Source of the DNA: a virus
Taxonomy: Duplodnaviria; Heunggongvirae; Uroviricota; Caudoviricetes
Strand: one strand, 5' to 3'
DNA: 20,389 nt
IMG/VR virus record: IMGVR_UViG_3300020718_000007
Location: 1-20,389 of that record
In this document: piece by piece, positions 1 to 5,612 of the stretch
Position numbering within the stretch: the first letter of the stretch is position 1
Layout: every line of letters begins with the position of its first letter
Made by a program: the position numbers and the translations under genes
The notes under the pieces: model-generated
Seen by the model: only the letters and a program-made list of their open reading frames with translations
The model's database searches: none
Told to the model about the DNA's origin: nothing

Positions 1-109
1 TACTGATACCGAATCCAATACTTCAACTGCTGGAACTACACCTACTACAGCTACTACCCCTACTGCTACGCCACCAGCCGGAGGAACTACACCAACAAAT
101 GAGGCTTAA
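1..109 (+). CDS. 3' end of an upstream gene (partial), Thr/Pro/Ala/Gly-rich low-complexity tail
   Basis: The frame starting at 2 reads TDTESNTSTAGTTPTTATTPTATPPAGGTTPTNEA and ends at TAA 107-109, followed by an AT-rich intergenic region. Confidence 0.7.
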   Translation, partial: TDTESNTSTAGTTPTTATTPTATPPAGGTTPTNEA

Positions 110-124
110 ATATATTTAAAATAA

Positions 125-158
125 ATTTTTTACTTCAGAAACTTTTTATTAAATTTGT
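125..158 (+). promoter_or_regulatory. Bacteroidota sigma70-type promoter (-7 box TAAATTTG at 150-157) upstream of the ligase
   Basis: Matches the TAnnTTTG consensus and ends 23 nt before ATG 181. It is 29/34 identical, ungapped, to 14385-14418. Confidence 0.7.
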
Positions 159-180
159 TTATAAAAATGATAAAAAGAAC

Positions 181-1533
181 ATGGAGAAACAATTAAATTT
201 ACTCGTTCAGTTGGAGGCAACGAAGGGTAATGGATCAGTAGCAACGAAGCAGGAAATGATCAAGAAAAATCGTGATGAGGTTCTTGATTACATTTTGCAG
301 GTTTGCTACAATCCATTTATAACTACCAAACTAAATAAGGTAGATTATGCGGCCACTACTGTAACTGAGGTTAGCCCTGACCTCTTTAAGAACTTTAAGT
401 TGCTCGTAGAAGAACTTAAGGCTGCACCCTCTGCAAATTCAGATCATCGTAGTAGGGTATACAGTTTAATAACCAATTCCGGTCTTTCTCCAGATCTCCA
501 AAAAATGTTGGGACGTATCTTTACCAAGAATATGAACATCAGTCTTGGTGCGAAACTTATCAACAAAGCAGTTGGCAGCGAATTAATTCCTGATCCTGAA
601 TTAATGTTAGCTAAAGATGATATTGAAAGGATTAATAAATGGCGAAAAATTGTTTGCGAGTTCAAGTATGATGGCGTAAGGATTATAGCCAAAATTGACC
701 TCAATGGGGAAATAACTTATTTCACGCGTAACTTCAATGAACTTCCTGCCAGGTTCCTTAAAAAAATCACGGAACAAATCAAAGAATTGGTTGGGCATCG
801 CACCGGTATTTTTGTTGATGGCGAATTAACAGACTTCGCTCGTACTACGGTAAGTGGAAAGGTAACTTCAATCCTTGCAGGAAATCCTTCTGAATCAATC
901 GGGGATACATTTCTTTTTAACCTTTTCGATGTTGAACATAGCGACACCCTTATCAAGGGAAAAGGAACAACAAAATATCCACAGCGCCGGGCATTACTTG
1001 AAATGCTATTTCAGGACAAAACATTTACACATTTGGCATTAGGCCAAAAATGGGAGATCACCAATAAGGATGAGATCTGGGAAATATACAAACATATCGT
1101 AGAAGTAGAAAAGGGCGAGGGTGTTATCCTGAAAGACATTGACCACGTCTATGAATGCAAAAGAAGTACCTCCTGGATTAAGCTCAAGGAAATTAAGGAT
1201 TGCGATTTGGAAATTATTGGTGTAGAAGATCCAAATCCGATGAGCAAACGCGAAGACAACGGCTGGATAGGCGGATTTATTTGCCAAACCTCTGATAAGA
1301 AATTAACGGTTAAGGTTGGCTCTGGGTTCAGCGAAGCATTTCTGGATGAAATAAAAGCCAATGGAACTGATGCCTATATAGGCAAAATTGCAAAGGTAAA
1401 ATATAATATGTTGGTGCAGGACAGCAAGTCCTCAGAATGGAGTCTATTCCTCCCGACTCTATTGGAAATCCGCCCGGATAAAGAGGTTGCTGATACATTC
1501 GAGAAATTAAAATCCCAGCAAGGGAAGGCTTAA
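181..1533 (+). CDS. lig: ATP-dependent DNA ligase (T4 gp30-like)
   Basis: Motif I EFKYDGVR (adenylated Lys), III VDGEL, IIIa FNLFDV, IV EGVILK and V WIKLK, plus a C-terminal OB fold with VGSGF and RPDK. Confidence 0.96.
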   Translation: MEKQLNLLVQLEATKGNGSVATKQEMIKKNRDEVLDYILQVCYNPFITTKLNKVDYAATTVTEVSPDLFKNFKLLVEELKAAPSANSDHRSRVYSLITNSGLSPDLQKMLGRIFTKNMNISLGAKLINKAVGSELIPDPELMLAKDDIERINKWRKIVCEFKYDGVRIIAKIDLNGEITYFTRNFNELPARFLKKITEQIKELVGHRTGIFVDGELTDFARTTVSGKVTSILAGNPSESIGDTFLFNLFDVEHSDTLIKGKGTTKYPQRRALLEMLFQDKTFTHLALGQKWEITNKDEIWEIYKHIVEVEKGEGVILKDIDHVYECKRSTSWIKLKEIKDCDLEIIGVEDPNPMSKREDNGWIGGFICQTSDKKLTVKVGSGFSEAFLDEIKANGTDAYIGKIAKVKYNMLVQDSKSSEWSLFLPTLLEIRPDKEVADTFEKLKSQQGKA

Positions 1534-1553
1534 TATTTTCGAATATTCTTAAC

Positions 1554-1593
1554 AATTTTAGCAGAAATCTTTCCATAGGTTTCTGCTAAAATT
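1554..1593 (+). promoter_or_regulatory. 17-bp stem-loop immediately upstream of the clamp loader start codon
   Basis: AATTTTAGCAGAAATCT (1554-1570) pairs with AGGTTTCTGCTAAAATT (1577-1593) around a TTCCAT loop, with 16 Watson-Crick pairs and 1 G-U. It ends 3 nt before ATG 1597. Confidence 0.7.
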
Positions 1594-1596
1594 TGT

Positions 1597-2553
1597 ATGA
1601 TAAATGCACTTTTAACAGAAAAGTTAAGACCGAAAGAACTTCGACACATGATACTTCCCGCCAGGATAAGGGAAGTATTTCAAGACGGACTACAACAAAA
1701 TGTCCTATTCTCTGGATCCGCTGGTTGCGGAAAAACTACATTAGCTAAAATCTTAGCTGCACCTCATCCGCACCTGTATCTCAATATGTCGGATGAGAAT
1801 TCAATCGAAACCATAAGAACCAAAATCACTGATTTTTGCTCCACTATATCTATTATAGATGGAGCTAATTCTATGAAGGTTGTTATAATGGACGAGTTTG
1901 ATGGATTATCAAATCAGGCATTATTGGCATTAAAAGTAACTATTGAGAAATTCTCAAAAGGGACTAGATTTGTTGGAGTAACAAATTATCTTAACAAAAT
2001 ACCAGAACCAATCCAATCTCGATTGGAAACTTTTATCTTTGATCCAGTAGATAAAGAGGAAGAAGAATTACTTAAAAAAGAATGGGAATCCAGGATTAAA
2101 TTAATTCTAACAAAATTAGGTATTAATATAACTGACTCTGCATTGAAACTTCTAATCAAAAAGAATTTTCCAGATATGCGGTCAGTTTTGAATACCATAC
2201 AAAGATGGACAATTCAAAACTTAAAAGAAATTGGCGAGGATAAAGTAACCGATTCTTGGAACTATGAAGATCTCTATAAGTTGTTAGTATCAAGTACAGA
2301 TACAGTTAATAATTATAAGGTCATAGTGGGCCAATATTCATCCGATATTGACGATGTAATGGCAAGTCTTGGGAATGACTTTATCGAATGGCTACAAGAG
2401 AAAAGACCAGATTTAATCGGTATTATTCCAAGTACATTAATACTTGTAGCACAACACCAAGCTCAAAGAAATTTAGTAATTGACGGAACTGTTAGTTTAC
2501 TATCTTTATTCTTTTCAATACAAAAAATGGTTCAACAATATGGGAAGAAGTAA
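1597..2553 (+). CDS. gp44: Sliding clamp loader AAA+ ATPase subunit (T4 gp44 / RFC small subunit-like)
   Basis: RFC box II-like LTEKLRP, Walker A GSAGCGKTT, Walker B VVIMDEFD, SRC-like QSRL arginine finger and sensor-2 PDMR. Confidence 0.93.
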   Translation: MINALLTEKLRPKELRHMILPARIREVFQDGLQQNVLFSGSAGCGKTTLAKILAAPHPHLYLNMSDENSIETIRTKITDFCSTISIIDGANSMKVVIMDEFDGLSNQALLALKVTIEKFSKGTRFVGVTNYLNKIPEPIQSRLETFIFDPVDKEEEELLKKEWESRIKLILTKLGINITDSALKLLIKKNFPDMRSVLNTIQRWTIQNLKEIGEDKVTDSWNYEDLYKLLVSSTDTVNNYKVIVGQYSSDIDDVMASLGNDFIEWLQEKRPDLIGIIPSTLILVAQHQAQRNLVIDGTVSLLSLFFSIQKMVQQYGKK

Positions 2554-3013
2554 AATTATTGTTATCGGTAGAGGTGGCAGCGGTAAAGATTATATGAGGA
2601 AACTCTTTGAGAAAAGAGGTTTCAAACATTGCGTTTCCTGTACATCAAGACCTGCTAGACCAGGTGAAGTAGAAGGAGTAGATTATAAATTTGTCAATTG
2701 GGAATATTTTGATGAGAACAGGGATAAGTTTTATGAGATTGATGAATTTAATGGCTGGAGATATGGAACTTTAAAAGAGGATTTTGAAACTGCAGACCTA
2801 TTTGTTATGACCCCCAATGGTGTTAGAAATCTTAAACCAGAGGATAGACAAAGGTCATTAGTTGTTTATATAAATCCAGGCCTGAAAATAATTAAAGAAA
2901 GGCTACTCCAAAGAAAGGATGCAGATAACGCAGAGAGAAGAATGAAAACAGATTCCATAGATTTTGATGGATTTACTGATTATGATATTGAAATAACTAA
3001 CTCCCACTTCTGA
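2540..3013 (+). CDS. gmk: Guanylate kinase-like nucleoside monophosphate kinase
   Basis: P-loop GRGGSGKD, GK signature TSRPARPGEVEGVDYKFV and YGT. ATG 2540 is preferred over the track start at 2480 because it puts the P-loop at the usual N-terminal position. Confidence 0.88.
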   Translation: MGRSKIIVIGRGGSGKDYMRKLFEKRGFKHCVSCTSRPARPGEVEGVDYKFVNWEYFDENRDKFYEIDEFNGWRYGTLKEDFETADLFVMTPNGVRNLKPEDRQRSLVVYINPGLKIIKERLLQRKDADNAERRMKTDSIDFDGFTDYDIEITNSHF

Positions 3014-3224
3014 GATATATGATATAGAAAAAATACAGAAGTTATATAGGACTACAAATTTTGATGAATTCGTAGCAGGGGTAGAATCTTTGTCAGTGGA
3101 AAATCTTTTCAAGATTTTAAAAAATGCTATTTCTAAACAACAGTTTGAGGTAGCAGTTATTATAAGGGATAGAATAAAAATTAAAACCCAGAACAATGGA
3201 GATAAAATTTCGGGAGAATCCTGA
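2997..3224 (+). CDS. Small UvrB/UvrC (UVR) coiled-coil motif protein, start uncertain (not in the ORF track)
   Basis: Open frame LTPTSEIYDIEKIQKLYRTTNFDEFVAGVESLSVENLFKILKNAISKQQFEVAVIIRDRIKIKTQNNGDKISGES* fills the gap between gmk and the next gene. LKNAISKQQFEVAVIIRDRIK fits the UVR motif. There is no ATG after the in-frame TAA at 2994. Confidence 0.6.
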   Translation, partial: LTPTSEIYDIEKIQKLYRTTNFDEFVAGVESLSVENLFKILKNAISKQQFEVAVIIRDRIKIKTQNNGDKISGES

Positions 3225-3762
3225 TCCAAGTTATGTTGGAAGGACCAAAGAAAATGCTTCTGCTAATGCTACTATTGCAATAGCAGCAAATTTTAATTCG
3301 GCAGGAGAAAAACTAACTAAGAGATTAGTAGAAGAACAAGGTAATGTTTATATCCCTGTAGATATAACTAATGGCTTAATTATAAATGATGAGTTAGTAA
3401 GATTTATAGTTAAAAAATTAAACTCTGCTACGAAAGGAAATATATTGGATAATACTATTACTCTTAATATAGCAGGTAATGGTATTTATACTTTGAAAGG
3501 AAAATATACACAGAAGGAACTAGATGATTATACTTCCAAATTGTTAACAGAAGTTTTAACCCATGAGGATATAAAGATTGAAATTTCCTTGTTAAGGACT
3601 GGAGGACAAACAGGATTAGATGAATCTGGGGGAAAGGCCGGTTTAAAATTGGGGATAAATACATTAATAGTATGTCCAAAAGGATGGAAGTATAGAGATT
3701 TATCTGGTACTGATATTGAGGACGAAGAAAAATTCAAAAATAGATTTTTAATAAATTGTTAA
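3196..3762 (+). CDS. SLOG superfamily protein (cpYpsA / putative molybdenum-carrier-like), circularly permuted
   Basis: Contains TGGQTGLD, CPKGW, YxxRTxxN, SAGEKLT and LNIAG motifs typical of cpYpsA-type SLOG proteins, in a different linear order. Confidence 0.75.
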   Translation: MEIKFRENPDPSYVGRTKENASANATIAIAANFNSAGEKLTKRLVEEQGNVYIPVDITNGLIINDELVRFIVKKLNSATKGNILDNTITLNIAGNGIYTLKGKYTQKELDDYTSKLLTEVLTHEDIKIEISLLRTGGQTGLDESGGKAGLKLGINTLIVCPKGWKYRDLSGTDIEDEEKFKNRFLINC

Positions 3763-3763
3763 T

Positions 3764-4903
3764 ATGATTTCAGTAATAATAGATGGGAATTATCTTTTCC
3801 ATAAAACGTTTGGTGTATTTTCAGGATTTGGCGCAAGTAATCCAGGAGAAATCCTATCCAAAGAATCGGATAGGAATATTTTCATGAGGAAGATTATTAC
3901 GGACCTTTGCTATTCCCTAAACCAAATACCAATAGACGGTCACGTAATCTTTGTAAAAGATTCTAGATCATGGAGAAAGAATTTAAAAGTAGAACGTGCA
4001 GAGTATAAAGGTTCAAGAGAAGAAAAGAAAGATAAACAAGTCGATTGGGGATCATTCTTTGAACTCATAGAAGATTTCGGGAATTTTATTCAATTGAATG
4101 GATATACTTATTCTAAAGCACAGGGGGCAGAAGGAGATGATCTTCTTTGGTTCTGGAATAAGAAATTAAGAGATGGTGGATCTAATGTTGTTATATTTTC
4201 TGGAGATAAGGATTCACATCAATTAACAGGTGTTGATGAAACTGGTTGGACTATTTGTTGGAATGCTAATTCTAAAAGTAACAAAATAGTTGCTGCTAAT
4301 GGATGGCAAGAAAAGTATCTCAATAAAGAACAGGAATTATCAGTTTTTGATATTTCCTTTGATACTGAAACTGAACAAGAAAAAATAAGAAAGATTTTGG
4401 GATCTTGTGTCTTAGAAGAAATAGATCCGGAAAGATTAATATTCGAGAAAATATTAACTGGAGATAAGAGAGATGATGTACCAAGTGTTTGGGCTTACGA
4501 AAAAACACCAGGAAAATTATTCAAACTTACTGATTCTAAATCAACTGCAATTTATAACCATTACAAAGCAAGTGGTTGGGGCACACAAAATATTAATGAG
4601 ATTTGGGATAACCCTGAATTCAGGGACTGGATTGCCGGTTTTATTCTTAGAAGTATGAATTCCACAGATAGTTCAGAAAATAGGGAACTAGCAATAAATA
4701 ACTACCATGAGAATGCCCAGTTAGTTTGGCTTTCTGATAAGGTAATACCAGAAGAAGTAATCAATAACATGGAAGAAAGTTTTAATTTACATAAGTTAGA
4801 AGCTAAGCCTATTTTATTTGATAGAAAAACTATGATAGCCAGATCTAAATGGGCTGCAGAATTAACACCCTCACACTTTGATCCTTTTAATTGGAAGAAA
4901 TAA
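3764..4903 (+). CDS. rnh: T4 RNase H-like 5'-3' exonuclease / flap endonuclease
   Basis: FEN/PIN acidic motifs IIDGN, D-SRSWRK...YKGSR, EGDD and SGDKD, plus an H3TH-like GDKRDDVP. Confidence 0.9.
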   Translation: MISVIIDGNYLFHKTFGVFSGFGASNPGEILSKESDRNIFMRKIITDLCYSLNQIPIDGHVIFVKDSRSWRKNLKVERAEYKGSREEKKDKQVDWGSFFELIEDFGNFIQLNGYTYSKAQGAEGDDLLWFWNKKLRDGGSNVVIFSGDKDSHQLTGVDETGWTICWNANSKSNKIVAANGWQEKYLNKEQELSVFDISFDTETEQEKIRKILGSCVLEEIDPERLIFEKILTGDKRDDVPSVWAYEKTPGKLFKLTDSKSTAIYNHYKASGWGTQNINEIWDNPEFRDWIAGFILRSMNSTDSSENRELAINNYHENAQLVWLSDKVIPEEVINNMEESFNLHKLEAKPILFDRKTMIARSKWAAELTPSHFDPFNWKK

Positions 4904-5157
4904 TGATAAAAGAAGATCCAATAGAATTTATTTCGGTTAGGGACATTTTACGAAGGATGAACGAGGATTGGAGATCTATACCCAAATGGGCTCGGGATAA
5001 ATATGAGAAAGGGGATATAATTTTTCTCGATAAAGGAGTATCAGTCCGAACAAACCGTAGCGGTTGGAATGATGGAGGATTATGGCAATATCTTGTACTT
5101 ACCGAGTCTGGAGATATTTATTTAGAGTTAGAACCACAATTTGATAGAATAAAATAA
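4903..5157 (+). CDS. Hypothetical protein
   Basis: Fills the gap between genes. ATG 4903 overlaps the rnh stop (TAATG), which suggests translational coupling. No recognisable motif. Confidence 0.65.
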   Translation: MIKEDPIEFISVRDILRRMNEDWRSIPKWARDKYEKGDIIFLDKGVSVRTNRSGWNDGGLWQYLVLTESGDIYLELEPQFDRIK

Positions 5158-5160
5158 TAT

Positions 5161-5559
5161 ATGAGCCATTTTGATATAATAAAAGCTTTCCATAATAAAG
5201 AGGAATGGGAAAAGATTACTAATACAGATAAGTCTAAAAATTTCTTCATGTTCAATAGATATATGGCAATGAAGTTCCCATTACAGGCTCATGGGTTTAA
5301 TCATACAAAAATAGACCCAGCGAAGACAGTGGATTGGTTCCAATCTATGTTTGTAACTAAAAACGAACAAACTAACTTTATTTGGACCTCTACAGGTAAG
5401 AAAGAAAAGGTTGCTGCTAAGAAACCTATACCCCCAGAGGTCTCAAAATTCCTATGTGAGAAATATGAGATTTCCATGAGGGAAATTAATGATTTAATTG
5501 AATTCTATCCCCTGGAATTCAAAAAGTACTGCGAATCGGTCAAGGAAATGATTTCTTAA
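5161..5559 (+). CDS. gp62: Probable clamp loader small subunit (T4 gp62-like)
   Basis: The 132-aa size and the segments FFMFNRYMA and FLCEKYEISMRE resemble gp62 of T4-like phages, and a gp44 gene lies upstream. Recognised by eye only. Confidence 0.55.
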   Translation: MSHFDIIKAFHNKEEWEKITNTDKSKNFFMFNRYMAMKFPLQAHGFNHTKIDPAKTVDWFQSMFVTKNEQTNFIWTSTGKKEKVAAKKPIPPEVSKFLCEKYEISMREINDLIEFYPLEFKKYCESVKEMIS

Positions 5560-5564
5560 AGGCC

Positions 5565-5612
5565 TCTTTCATTTACCGGATATATAAAACAAAGTATCCG
5601 GAAAATGAAAGA
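5565..5612 (+). promoter_or_regulatory. 18-bp hairpin containing a late-promoter candidate (GATATATA 5579-5586) and burying ATG 5605
   Basis: TCTTTCATTTACCGGATA (5565-5582) and TATCCGGAAAATGAAAGA (5595-5612) are 17/18 complementary around a 12-nt loop. Confidence 0.8.

Noticed and set aside
2-109. Assigning the upstream partial gene as portal or another structural protein
   Set aside because: Only 35 low-complexity residues are visible, which is too little to assign.
444-1576. Short minus-strand ORFs inside the ligase, and similar ones at 1986, 3464, 4320, 12847, 14700, 16804, 17221, 17977 and 19906
   Set aside because: They overlap well-supported plus-strand genes and have no recognisable motifs.
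2903-3229. 108-aa minus-strand ORF covering the gap after gmk
   Set aside because: It runs against the uniform strand orientation, and the plus-strand UVR-motif frame explains the gap better.
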